Below are positions 10,193 through 19,661 of a stretch of 64,000 nucleotides of DNA, one piece after another; position 1 is the first letter of the stretch, and each line of letters starts with the position of its first letter. Source of the stretch: a virus (Duplodnaviria > Caudoviricetes); IMG/VR virus record IMGVR_UViG_3300025608_000015, positions 26,845 through 90,844 of that record. One strand, written 5' to 3'. Both the position numbers and the translations under genes were made by a program. The notes under the pieces were generated by a model, which was not told the origin of the DNA, ran no database searches, and saw only the letters and a list, made by a program, of their open reading frames with translations.

Positions 10193-11629
10193 TTAACCGT
10201 TTAAATCAATACGCCAACTTGATTTTGGATATTCGCCGTCGATACTGAGTAACCAGTATTCTCCGGTCCACTTATATTGAATGCCTGTGTTAAGATTAGT
10301 TGTATAAACAGGATCTGTAGTTTCGCTAGCGTCGAATACTGTAACCCATGAAGATCCTGTCCATTCTATAATGTCATTTTCGTAACCTACAAAGTCACTT
10401 CCGTTAGAGTTTTTCCAAGCATCGGGTCCGTCTACATTATTTTCATTGCCAATATCATTTAACAATAAAATTCTAACACCTGTTGTTTTAATATCTGTAG
10501 GATTACGTTTTTGTGGATCAATAATATAATCGATGCTGGTCCAGCTATTTTGATTTCTAGCAGGTCCTTCAATCACTGTGTCATCAGGGAAGCTATCATT
10601 ATCCCAGTTAACAATTAACTGTGTTTCATCTAATTCATTATGAGTAAAGGTACCAGTGTATACACTACCTGTGTCCTTGTTAGACAAATATATTCTACTG
10701 ATATCTGCTTGGTAATCTCCAGGTACATTATCTAAAACGTTACGCCAGTTAGTAGTTCCAATTTGATTTTTACTAATAAGTCTAAGTATGTTACCGTCTA
10801 CATACACGCCTAGATCTGCATAATTTGTACTAAACACAGTTGCTCCTGTTGCAGTATCAGTTTGCACGTCATCTTCTGTAACATTAGTTCTACCAGGTGT
10901 AGGTGAATCGTCGTAGGCATTTACTTGTGGTTGAGTAAGGCCTAAGTCAATTGTTCCTTGTTCTTCGTTAAAAACACTGGTAATAATATCTGTAATAACT
11001 CCAAGTCTTTTAACTTTAACTGGGGGAGATATGAATATTGGTGTACTAAATTGCAGAGTAGCAACGTCTATGTCACTGTCAACGCCTACCGGTATACTTC
11101 TACTAGAAAAAGTAGTACCTTCTAAATTTACAACACTTAAACTAGTCCAATCAATATAATTATCTGTGGTTTGTATTTCAAAACTTGGATTAAATAATGT
11201 TAATATTTGTTCTAAAATTTGTAATTTTTGATCTGTGTTAGTCGACCAAATATCTACATTCATACTAAGTGTATAAGGAGTAGGCATTAATCTTTCTACA
11301 GTGTAATTTTTACCTTGTACATTAAGATACTCATTACCATCAGTGTCAAATGCTTTTTCTCTAATATTAAGTTTGTTTACATAACTAGAATCGCTGGTTC
11401 TTGAACGATCCATTTCTAATCCTGTTACATACACTGCCATTCTAGGAGCACTTGGTATTTTATTTTCTGAATTGTCACGAATAATATTAGCAACTTGTCT
11501 AGTCATATCTCCGTACAATACAGGAACTTGGGTAAGATTACCTCGACCATCCTGATAAGAAAAATTACTCATTAAACGAACCATTTGAGTAATATATCTT
11601 CTAATTTGTCCGTCGTAGAAAAATTGCAT
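10193..11629 (-). CDS. gp15: T4 gp15-like tail completion / sheath stabiliser with C-terminal extension
   Basis: N-terminal FFYDGQIRRYITQM, RLMPTPYTL, QILEQILTLFNPSF. Sits next to the gp14/gp13 neck genes. Confidence 0.75.
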   Translation of the reverse strand: MQFFYDGQIRRYITQMVRLMSNFSYQDGRGNLTQVPVLYGDMTRQVANIIRDNSENKIPSAPRMAVYVTGLEMDRSRTSDSSYVNKLNIREKAFDTDGNEYLNVQGKNYTVERLMPTPYTLSMNVDIWSTNTDQKLQILEQILTLFNPSFEIQTTDNYIDWTSLSVVNLEGTTFSSRSIPVGVDSDIDVATLQFSTPIFISPPVKVKRLGVITDIITSVFNEEQGTIDLGLTQPQVNAYDDSPTPGRTNVTEDDVQTDTATGATVFSTNYADLGVYVDGNILRLISKNQIGTTNWRNVLDNVPGDYQADISRIYLSNKDTGSVYTGTFTHNELDETQLIVNWDNDSFPDDTVIEGPARNQNSWTSIDYIIDPQKRNPTDIKTTGVRILLLNDIGNENNVDGPDAWKNSNGSDFVGYENDIIEWTGSSWVTVFDASETTDPVYTTNLNTGIQYKWTGEYWLLSIDGEYPKSSWRIDLNG

Positions 11630-12792
11630 TAATTATCTGCCTTTGGTCTAAGTGCCTTAGATAGGCTCTGTCTTTCTGGAACATCGTCTCCACCGATGTT
11701 ATTAACGGTATTGTTATTAATGAATGTACCTTTCTGTGTTTGTCTATCAGGCCCGTTAGTCATTGTCATACGTACACCGTCTTGTACTTTAACCCAACGT
11801 GTTCCATCAAATCTAAACAAACGCTTAGGTGAAAAGTCTGTACGTAAGAAATAATCTCCAGGCTGATTTTCTGGAGGGAAACTTATACCTGCACCATATG
11901 GAGCACCATTAGGTGCTATTTCTGCATCAACTAGATATCCGTCATAACCTTGTCTATCTGGTCTTCCATATATTTCGTCTGATATAACACTTTCTGCACT
12001 TACATCAATATCGTCTTGATCAATAGTAACTAGGTCAACACTACCGTCCTCGTTGGTTGCTAGTGTATATAAATGACTGGTATCGTATCCACTTAATCCT
12101 GCATCTGCTTCTGCTTGAGCAACAACAGCATTATTAATCTGCATTTCTTTTTCATATGTAGATAGTAAATCTCTTAGGCTTCCTTCTTCCGGAGCGTCTT
12201 CGTTTGCAGGAAGATCTAATATTTCTTTGTATTCTTGACTATCTACTATTTGTTTTAGTTTTAATCTATATAAATGTGGATACCAAGTTTGACTAAATCC
12301 TTCTGCAGCACGGTTAACATCTTCTACAACATAAAACCTTTTTAACGCAGTACTCAAATCGTTAAGTGCATATTCGTCGCGAAGATGTGGAAGTTCTATA
12401 ACATCTCCTGCTATAATTTTTCTGCCTAGGGTTTTTACACTAGAGTTAATATGAACTGTTAAAAATAATGTATCATTGCTTAAAAATAAACCAAAAGCAG
12501 ATAAATCAAAATCTATGTCTTGGATATTATAGATTCCTCTAACATTATACACATCTGGATCATATTTCCTATCTCTATTTTCTAAAAATAGCAAATCTTG
12601 AATATTAGTTTCTTTTACTACATCGTATTGTGGCTGGTCTGCTGTTGCATCTTCGTCACTAAGATTTTCTGCACCTAAATATTTGTGTACAAATACGTCA
12701 GTACCGCCAACGGTAAACATTTCATAGACTTGCTTGTCGATGAAGCTATAATCGTTGCCACGTTCTGGTTTATATAAAGATAGTCTCGGCAT
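11629..12792 (-). CDS. gp14: T4 gp14-like neck / head-closure protein (start moved to ATG 12792, MPRLSLY)
   Basis: GGTDVFVHKYLG, DLLFLENRDRKYD, DLSAFGLFL, GDVIELP. TAAATA box lies 5 nt upstream of this ATG. Confidence 0.7.
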   Translation of the reverse strand: MPRLSLYKPERGNDYSFIDKQVYEMFTVGGTDVFVHKYLGAENLSDEDATADQPQYDVVKETNIQDLLFLENRDRKYDPDVYNVRGIYNIQDIDFDLSAFGLFLSNDTLFLTVHINSSVKTLGRKIIAGDVIELPHLRDEYALNDLSTALKRFYVVEDVNRAAEGFSQTWYPHLYRLKLKQIVDSQEYKEILDLPANEDAPEEGSLRDLLSTYEKEMQINNAVVAQAEADAGLSGYDTSHLYTLATNEDGSVDLVTIDQDDIDVSAESVISDEIYGRPDRQGYDGYLVDAEIAPNGAPYGAGISFPPENQPGDYFLRTDFSPKRLFRFDGTRWVKVQDGVRMTMTNGPDRQTQKGTFINNNTVNNIGGDDVPERQSLSKALRPKADN

Positions 12793-12797
12793 GTACA

Positions 12798-12814
12798 TAT
12801 TTATCGGATAAATA
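12798..12814. promoter_or_regulatory. Back-to-back divergent late-promoter boxes (TATTTATC-G-GATAAATA)
   Basis: Perfect 8-bp inverted repeat with a 1-nt spacer between the gp14 and gp13 starts. Each arm is a GATAAATA, resembling the T4 late promoter TATAAATA. Confidence 0.75.
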
Positions 12815-12833
12815 CTATACGGAGAACTTCTAT

Positions 12834-13592
12834 ATGGCAGATTTAGCAACACAAAAACAAGAGATATTTGATTACGTTTACGCTATGTTAGGTGGCGGAA
12901 TGGTAGACGTAGAACTCGATCCTGTTCATTATGAAACTGCACTTACAAAAGCACTTACTCGTTTTAGACAGCGTTCAGATAATTCAGTGGAAGAATCATA
13001 TCTGTTTATGGAAACAGTTGTTGATCAAAATGAATACACCTTGCCAAAAGAAGTAGTAGAAATTCGTAAAATATTCCGTAGAAGCATAGGTTCTAGAACT
13101 GGTGGCGGAGACGGCGGCAGTATTTTTGAACCATTTAACCTTGCGTATACTAATACCTATCTTTTAAGCTCGAGTAATATGGGCGGCATTGCAACATACG
13201 ATATGTTTTCACAATATCAGGAATTAGTAGGAAGAATGTTTGGTAGCTTTATTGAATTTAAATGGAATTCTACAAGTAAAAAACTTACAATGCTACAACG
13301 TCCTAGAGCAGAAGAAACACTGCTATTAATGGCGTACAATTATCGTCCGGATTCAGAATTATTAAACGATTACCTTGCAATACAATGGATCAAAGACTAT
13401 ACACTAGCAAGTTGTAAATTTATGCTAGGCGAAGCCCGTAGCAAATTTGCCACTATCGCTGGACCACAAGGCGGATCTACTCTTAACGGAGATGCGTTAA
13501 AAGCAGAAGCACAAGCTGAAATGGAAAAGTTAGAACAAGAAGTAAGTCAAGCAGTGCCAGGTGGCACAGGCTACGGTTTCCTTATTGGTTAA
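12834..13592 (+). CDS. gp13: T4 gp13-like neck protein
   Basis: LGGGMVDVELD..HYETAL, EYTLPKEV, WIKDYTLA..KFMLGEARSKF...GPQGG.TLNG. SD GGAG at 12821. Confidence 0.8.
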   Translation: MADLATQKQEIFDYVYAMLGGGMVDVELDPVHYETALTKALTRFRQRSDNSVEESYLFMETVVDQNEYTLPKEVVEIRKIFRRSIGSRTGGGDGGSIFEPFNLAYTNTYLLSSSNMGGIATYDMFSQYQELVGRMFGSFIEFKWNSTSKKLTMLQRPRAEETLLLMAYNYRPDSELLNDYLAIQWIKDYTLASCKFMLGEARSKFATIAGPQGGSTLNGDALKAEAQAEMEKLEQEVSQAVPGGTGYGFLIG

Positions 13593-13864
13593 CGACCTTC
13601 CTTGTCGTGTACATACAATTCAATCAACGCATAGTGCAAAACTTTTAACAGATCTTTTCTGTTATAACCGTCTTTCTTACCGTAGCGTTGAGCATACTTC
13701 ATTACATTACCAATACAAAAACCATCACCGTGACCTGCGTCAATAATAAACTCTGTTGCCTGAAACTTGTTTAGGCTATAATGCTCTCCGTATGTAGCAT
13801 CAATGTATTCCTGAAGTTCTTTAATGAGTTCGCCTTCGTTATATTTGTAGTTGATTTTTGCCAT
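13589..13864 (-). CDS. DUF3310-like small protein conserved in T4-like phages
   Basis: GEHYS...FCIGNVMKYAQRYGKKDG...DLLKVLHYA pattern. Confidence 0.65.
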   Translation of the reverse strand: MAKINYKYNEGELIKELQEYIDATYGEHYSLNKFQATEFIIDAGHGDGFCIGNVMKYAQRYGKKDGYNRKDLLKVLHYALIELYVHDKEGR

Positions 13865-13886
13865 AGATGTTTCCTAGTAAAAACAT

Positions 13887-13914
13887 AGTATAACATTTTT
13901 ACAAAAAATGTCAA
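13887..13914 (-). promoter_or_regulatory. sigma70-type early promoter
   Basis: Minus strand TTGACA (13914-13909), 16-nt spacer, extended -10 TGT-TATACT (13892-13887). Confidence 0.7.
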
Positions 13915-13915
13915 C

Positions 13916-14251
13916 CTAAAAATCAGGGAGTAGATCTCCTTGTTTCCATTTAATACCTTCTTTTTGTATTATGCGTTGACAATTGGCACAAATAGTTTTT
14001 AAGTTAGAGGGACGGCAATTATTTAAATCTCCGTCTATATGGAACACATTAAATTGTTCAGAATGCTTAGATGTAAATCCACACTTTTCGCAGGTGTCTT
14101 TTTTATTATAACCCGACTGCTTCCATTTTGGAATTCCATGTCCAAGACCATTCCGCAGACATTTTTCACAGAGCTTGCGATAATAGGTTTTATTATCTTT
14201 TTTATAATTAATTGCCGCAGGTCTTTGCCCACATTTACATAAAGGACGCAT
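13916..14251 (-). CDS. Zn-finger / HNH-like endonuclease
   Basis: CxxC pairs and HIDGDLNNCRPSNLKTICANC. TAAATA box 5 nt upstream of the ATG. Confidence 0.7.
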   Translation of the reverse strand: MRPLCKCGQRPAAINYKKDNKTYYRKLCEKCLRNGLGHGIPKWKQSGYNKKDTCEKCGFTSKHSEQFNVFHIDGDLNNCRPSNLKTICANCQRIIQKEGIKWKQGDLLPDF

Positions 14252-14320
14252 AGTGTTATTTACCTCACCTTTTCGGTACCTTTTTTAGGGGGTATATCAC
14301 TGGTTTTTAAAATATATCTA

Positions 14321-14327
14321 CTAAATA
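14321..14327 (+). promoter_or_regulatory. Late-promoter box for tail sheath (CTAAATA), divergent from the GTAAATA box at 14263-14257
   Basis: The same motif precedes many structural genes. Followed by SD AGGAG. Confidence 0.6.
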
Positions 14328-14367
14328 CACTAGTAACATTTCGTTTAACGAATATAGGAGAAACACA

Positions 14368-17300
14368 ATGGCATTAACATCACCAGGTGTACAGGTTTCA
14401 GTAATTGATGAGAGTTTTTACACTCCTGCTGAACCAGGCACGGTGCCAATGATATTTGTTGCATCTGCTCAAGATAAAACTAATTCAGCAGGGACAGGTA
14501 TTGCACAGGGCACTTTAAAAGAAAACGCTGGAAAAGTTTATCTACTAACTAGCCAAAGAGACTTAGCCGAAACTTTCGGCGATCCAATTTTCCAAGTTGA
14601 TAATAACAACAATCCAGTACATGGCGGAGAATTGAACGAGTATGGTTTACAAGCTGCATACTCATTACTAGGTGTAAGCAATCGTGCATATGTTGTACGT
14701 GCTGACATTGATTTGAATGAACTAACACCAAGTGCAGAAGCACCTGCAGGAAATCCAGCAGACGGTACATATTGGTTTGAAATTGACACAACCAATTACG
14801 GTATCTTAGAATGGAATGGAGCAAGTTCTGCTACTACAGGTGGACAAAGTTTTTCAAGCATTTCAGCAACAATTATCAATGATGCAACAGATTTAATTGG
14901 CGGTAGTGCCACATCAGATCCAAAGCCATCAGTTGGCCAAACTGGCGATTATGCGATTGTTACAACTACTAACTTAATTAGAACTTATTACAAGTCAGGC
15001 GGAAACGCAGGTAATAACCAAGGGGACGGACAAGTTGCCGCAGGTACATGGGTAGAACTTGGTTCAGACGAATGGAAAGCTAGTTTAACTACTGTTATTG
15101 GTACTGTTACAGCTAACCACGGCATTGTACTTGGTGAAAGTATTTCTATTAACGGAAATAACATTACTACTACTGGCACAACTGTTGCTAGTTTAGTAAC
15201 TCAAATCAATAATGCAAATATTACAGGCATTAGTGCAAGGGAAACAGGCGGTGCTTTAGAACTTCGTTCAACAGGTCCAGATATTAACGTTGGATTAACT
15301 CCGATCGCAGGAAAATTAGGCATTGCAGACGGTACTTACCCTGCACCTACTTTACAAGTTAGTCCACATACAAATGTACCAACGTACAAGAGTTTTGAAG
15401 ACAACAAGCCAACTGGAAGTATTTGGGTTAAAACAACTGAACCAAATGGTGGCGCTAGATTCCGAGTTAAAACATGGAATGATGCTACACTGCTTTGGGA
15501 CGAAGTAACTGCTCCAGTTTATACAACTCCAGAACTTGCTCTTTATAATTTAGATCGTGCAGAAGGCGGTAAGAACCTTGCTGTAGGTGATTTATATGTT
15601 AAAGCAGACGTTGCTGAAGAAGCAGATCCGATTGCAGATTTTAAGATCTTTAGAAGAAATGCAACAGGATATGCAAGCGTAACATCAAATGCTATTACCG
15701 GCACTACATTTACAGCAACACCTGTCACAGGGTTTAATATTGCAGAAACTGTACCTGGACAGCAAAACATTAGCGCAGACGTTGCAGTAACTTTTGCTCT
15801 TGCAGGCGACTCAACTGATGCAGAAACAATTGCAGAAGCAATTAACGCAAGTACATTAACACAAGTTCTAGCAAGTGTTGACGGTCAAAACAAACTAACA
15901 ATCAGTCATGTTAATGGCGGAGACATTAAGATTAGTGACGCTAATGGATTACTAGCTGACATGGGTATTAATACTAATACAGCTAATTTCTATGCTGCAC
16001 CAGCAGGTGATACATTCTATGACTATGTTATCTCTAACTGGAAGCCTTTAGTAGCTGAAAACTCTGCAGATGCTCCTACTTCTTTAACAGCAGACGGTGC
16101 ATTATGGTACAGTTCAGTTGTTGACGAGTGTGATATTCTTATCCATAATGGCGACACTTGGGTTGGCTATCAATATGATGGTGCATCTGGATTATCAACT
16201 AGCCCGGCTCCTTACTATAATGCTAACGCTAATCTAGCAACTGATCCAGAAGGACCAATTGTTTCGGCTACAGAGCCTACAACACAATCAGACGGAACCG
16301 ATCTTGTTAACGGCGATCTTTGGGTGTCAACTGCTGATATCGACAACTATCCATTGATCTACAGATACAACGGCGACAGTCTAAAGTGGGATCTATTAGA
16401 CAGCACAGACCAAACTACAGACAACGGTATTCTGTTTGCAGATGCACGTTGGACTGATGCAGGCTTAGCTGCTAACGACACTGAAAGTTCGATCACTGAT
16501 TTGCTTGCTAGTGATTTCTTAGACTTTGACGCTCCAGATCCAGCACTATATCCAAAAGGTATGTTGCTGTTCAACTTACGTAGAAGCGGATTCAACGTCA
16601 AGAGATTTGTTCGTAACTATGTAGATCTTACAGCTGACAACATCCGTTATGGTGATCAACCAATGGGCGGAACAGGCAACAATGATGCTTATTACGCACA
16701 CCGTTGGGTAACTGAATCAGCTAACCAAGAAGACGGCGCAGGCTCATTCGGACGCATTGCACAACGTAAAGTTGTTGTACAAGCTCTACAAGCTACAGTT
16801 AACTCTAATGACGACATTAGAGATGATGAAGCTAGACCGTTTAACTTAATGGCATGTCCAGGTTATTCAGAGCTTATTGGCGAAATGATCAGCCTAAACT
16901 ACGATAGAGGACTAAGTGCATTTATTGTCGGTGATTCACCATTTAGATTAACACCAGATGCTACAACATTAAATGATTGGGCAAACAATGTTAATCTTGC
17001 ACTAGAAGACAACGATCGTGGCCTTGTAAGTAGAGATGAATACTTAGGTATGTTTTATCCATCAGGATTTACAAGCGACAACTTTGGTAACAACGTTGTA
17101 GTTCCTGCTTCACACATGATACTACGTACTATTGCACTAAGTGATCAGGTAAGCTATCCATGGTTTGCACCAGCAGGTACAAGACGTGGCGGTATTACTA
17201 ATGCAAGTGCTACTGGTTACATCGATAGCGAAGGTGAATTTGTAAGTATTGCACTTAACGAAGGACAGCGTGATACACTATACGCTCAGAATGTAAACCC

Positions 17301-17691
17301 AATTACATTCTTAAACGGCGCTGGACTTGTTAACTATGGTCAAAAGACTCGTGCAAGAAATGCAAGTGCATTAGATCGTATCAACGTAGCACGTTTAGTA
17401 ATTTACTTACGTTCACAGTTGAACAAACTTGCTAAGCCATACATCTTTGAACCAAACGATAAGATCACCAGAGATGAAATCAAAGGTGCAACAGAAAGTT
17501 TACTACTTGAATTAGTAGGTCAAAGAGCACTGTATGACTTCTTAGTAGTTTGTGATGAGTCAAACAACACACCAAATAGAATAGATAGAAATGAACTATA
17601 CTTAGACATTGCTATTGAACCTGTTAAGGCTGTTGAATTCATCTACATTCCACTAAGATTGAAGAACACAGGCGAGATCGCAGGCCTATAA
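14368..17691 (+). CDS. gp18: Tail sheath protein (gp18-like, with large insertions)
   Basis: MALTSPGVQVSVIDES N-terminus. C-terminal WFAPAGTRRG, NVNPITF, GQKT, DRINVARL, IFEPND, NNTPNRIDRNEL...AVEFIYI. Confidence 0.93.
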   Translation: MALTSPGVQVSVIDESFYTPAEPGTVPMIFVASAQDKTNSAGTGIAQGTLKENAGKVYLLTSQRDLAETFGDPIFQVDNNNNPVHGGELNEYGLQAAYSLLGVSNRAYVVRADIDLNELTPSAEAPAGNPADGTYWFEIDTTNYGILEWNGASSATTGGQSFSSISATIINDATDLIGGSATSDPKPSVGQTGDYAIVTTTNLIRTYYKSGGNAGNNQGDGQVAAGTWVELGSDEWKASLTTVIGTVTANHGIVLGESISINGNNITTTGTTVASLVTQINNANITGISARETGGALELRSTGPDINVGLTPIAGKLGIADGTYPAPTLQVSPHTNVPTYKSFEDNKPTGSIWVKTTEPNGGARFRVKTWNDATLLWDEVTAPVYTTPELALYNLDRAEGGKNLAVGDLYVKADVAEEADPIADFKIFRRNATGYASVTSNAITGTTFTATPVTGFNIAETVPGQQNISADVAVTFALAGDSTDAETIAEAINASTLTQVLASVDGQNKLTISHVNGGDIKISDANGLLADMGINTNTANFYAAPAGDTFYDYVISNWKPLVAENSADAPTSLTADGALWYSSVVDECDILIHNGDTWVGYQYDGASGLSTSPAPYYNANANLATDPEGPIVSATEPTTQSDGTDLVNGDLWVSTADIDNYPLIYRYNGDSLKWDLLDSTDQTTDNGILFADARWTDAGLAANDTESSITDLLASDFLDFDAPDPALYPKGMLLFNLRRSGFNVKRFVRNYVDLTADNIRYGDQPMGGTGNNDAYYAHRWVTESANQEDGAGSFGRIAQRKVVVQALQATVNSNDDIRDDEARPFNLMACPGYSELIGEMISLNYDRGLSAFIVGDSPFRLTPDATTLNDWANNVNLALEDNDRGLVSRDEYLGMFYPSGFTSDNFGNNVVVPASHMILRTIALSDQVSYPWFAPAGTRRGGITNASATGYIDSEGEFVSIALNEGQRDTLYAQNVNPITFLNGAGLVNYGQKTRARNASALDRINVARLVIYLRSQLNKLAKPYIFEPNDKITRDEIKGATESLLLELVGQRALYDFLVVCDESNNTPNRIDRNELYLDIAIEPVKAVEFIYIPLRLKNTGEIAGL

Positions 17692-17694
17692 AAA

Positions 17695-17721
17695 GTGGGT
17701 CCCCGCAAGGGGACCTATTTT
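17695..17721 (+). terminator. Rho-independent terminator, GCAA tetraloop
   Basis: GGTCCCC-GCAA-GGGGACC followed by TATTTT, right after the sheath stop. Confidence 0.8.
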
Positions 17722-17723
17722 GG

Positions 17724-17730
17724 CTAAATA
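17724..17730 (+). promoter_or_regulatory. Late-promoter box for tail tube (CTAAATA)
   Basis: Immediately after the terminator, followed by SD AGGAG and ATG 17749. Confidence 0.65.
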
Positions 17731-17748
17731 GTTATATAGGAGAATAAG

Positions 17749-18375
17749 ATGGCAATTTCAACACTATCAAAAATTACAGTGCCACTAGCAAGTGACAGCA
17801 GTGCAGCAAGCCAAGGCTTGTTAATGCCTAAGTTACAATATCGCTTTAGAGTGACACTAGAAAACTTTGGTGTAAGTACACCTACTACAGAATTAACCAA
17901 GCAGGTAATAGACGTAACTCGTCCAACTGTAAACTTTGAAGAAATTGAAGTACCTGTTTATAACTCTCGTGTTTACCTTGCAGGTAAGCATGCATGGGAT
18001 CCAATTACATTAAACTTACGTGAAGACGTTAACAACAATGTACAAAAACTAGTCGGTGAACAATTACAGAAGCAGTTTGATTTCTTTGAACAGTCAAGTG
18101 CAGCTTCAGGTATTGATTATAAGTTTACTACTAGAATTGAAATTCTAGACGGCGGCAACGGTGCTAACACACCGAATGTACTAGAAACATTTGAACTATA
18201 TGGTTGCTTTGTACAGAATGCTAACTACAACAGTTTAGCATATGCAACAAACGATCCAGTTCAGATCACACTAGCAATTCGTTATGACAACGCTGTTCAA
18301 ACACCACAAGGTGAAGGTGTTGGTACTGCGGTAGGCAGAACACTAGGAAGCCTAATCACAGGTGGCGGCGCATAA
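17749..18375 (+). CDS. gp19: Tail tube protein (gp19-like)
   Basis: YRFRVTLENFG, RPTVNFEEIEVPVYNSRVYLAGKHAWDPITL, ETFELYGCF. Directly follows the sheath gene. Confidence 0.88.
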   Translation: MAISTLSKITVPLASDSSAASQGLLMPKLQYRFRVTLENFGVSTPTTELTKQVIDVTRPTVNFEEIEVPVYNSRVYLAGKHAWDPITLNLREDVNNNVQKLVGEQLQKQFDFFEQSSAASGIDYKFTTRIEILDGGNGANTPNVLETFELYGCFVQNANYNSLAYATNDPVQITLAIRYDNAVQTPQGEGVGTAVGRTLGSLITGGGA

Positions 18376-18401
18376 TACTTTTACAAGTTGAAATGCCAGA
18401 T

Positions 18402-18430
18402 AAAAGGAGCTTTTATAGCTCCTTTTGTTT
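18402..18430. terminator. Hairpin terminator (potentially bidirectional)
   Basis: AAAAGGAGCT-TTTAT-AGCTCCTTTT. Confidence 0.75.
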
Positions 18431-18464
18431 TATGCGCAGTTAATAAAATGGCATAAATATTATT

Positions 18465-19661
18465 ATGGCAAATATACTTAATGGATTTTTAGATAACTTA
18501 GTCGGCGGTGCAACTAATCCCAAAGGATCTTTTGGCGATTACAAACACGCATCGAGACTTTATGTTGATAGTGCTTTTAGACTTGCTCCTAAAACCAAAT
18601 ACCTTTATCATGTAGTATTTTCTATTGGTCAAGCTGCCAAAGATGTATTCATTAACTTTCATCAAAGACATACCAACGAAATTAACTTATTAGTAAAATC
18701 AGTAGATCTTCCTAGTTATAGCGTAAACACTGTAACTAAAAATATGTACAATCGCAAAAAGAATTTACAAACAACATTAGAGTACGAACCGATAAATTTT
18801 GTATTCCACGACGATAATCTCGGTGTAACTAGTACTTTAATGGAGGCATATTATAGATATTATTTTAGAGATGGAACCCATATAGAAAGCGGTTCAAGTA
18901 ATGCTTTTATGTCAAGAAATACCTATGGCGGAGAGTACCAACATAAAAGCAGATATGGTTTAGACAGCGGAGCTTCTGTTCCGTTTTTTGATAAGATAAC
19001 AATTTATCAAATGGCTAGACACGAATATATTGCCTATACTCTTGTTAATCCTTTGGTTACTAATTTTGGTCACGATAAACTAGATCAATCAGACGCACAG
19101 GGAGTTGCAGAAAATTCAATGCAGGTTGCATATGAAGCAGTGTTATATAGTAGAGGACCTACAGGAGAAGATTCTCCTCCAGGATTTGCCAAAGAACACT
19201 ACGATACTACTCCTAGTCCTTTAGGTGTTGCTGGCGGCGGTACACAAAGTTTGCTAGGACAAGGAGGTGTTCTAGGAGGTATACAAGGTGTTCTAGACGA
19301 TGTTGCTAGTGGTAATGTAAGTCTTGGAACTTTACGAGATGCAGCTAATGTGTTTACAAATGCTAAAGGACTAACCTCAGAAGGATTAAGAGAAGAAGGT
19401 TTGAATATTTTTAAAGCAGCTGTACAGCAAGCAGGACAATCACAGTCAGGTCAGACAGCAGGATACAACTTTCCAAAGAACACCGGCAATGGTGGATTCT
19501 TCCAAAAACTTGAAGCAATCGGCGGTGCTATTAATACTTCTGCTAAAAATTATGAACAAAAAATACAAGGCGCAGTCGCTACAGGAAAAGCAAACAGTAA
19601 AGTAAGCAATGCTGATCTATCCAATAGAGATGCTTCTGGCAGAGTAAGAGGAGGACTATAA
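18465..19661 (+). CDS. Tail-tube paralogue / baseplate tube initiator-like
   Basis: LLVKSVDLPSYSVNT..KNMYNRK..LQTTLEYEPINFVFHDDN resembles the gp19/gp54 fold. TAAATA 5 nt upstream of the ATG. Confidence 0.6.
   Translation: MANILNGFLDNLVGGATNPKGSFGDYKHASRLYVDSAFRLAPKTKYLYHVVFSIGQAAKDVFINFHQRHTNEINLLVKSVDLPSYSVNTVTKNMYNRKKNLQTTLEYEPINFVFHDDNLGVTSTLMEAYYRYYFRDGTHIESGSSNAFMSRNTYGGEYQHKSRYGLDSGASVPFFDKITIYQMARHEYIAYTLVNPLVTNFGHDKLDQSDAQGVAENSMQVAYEAVLYSRGPTGEDSPPGFAKEHYDTTPSPLGVAGGGTQSLLGQGGVLGGIQGVLDDVASGNVSLGTLRDAANVFTNAKGLTSEGLREEGLNIFKAAVQQAGQSQSGQTAGYNFPKNTGNGGFFQKLEAIGGAINTSAKNYEQKIQGAVATGKANSKVSNADLSNRDASGRVRGGL

Noticed and set aside
10186-10196. TTAAGTA before the NUDIX ATG as another late box
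   Set aside because: One mismatch and a 4-nt rather than 5-nt spacer, so it is not counted in the pattern.
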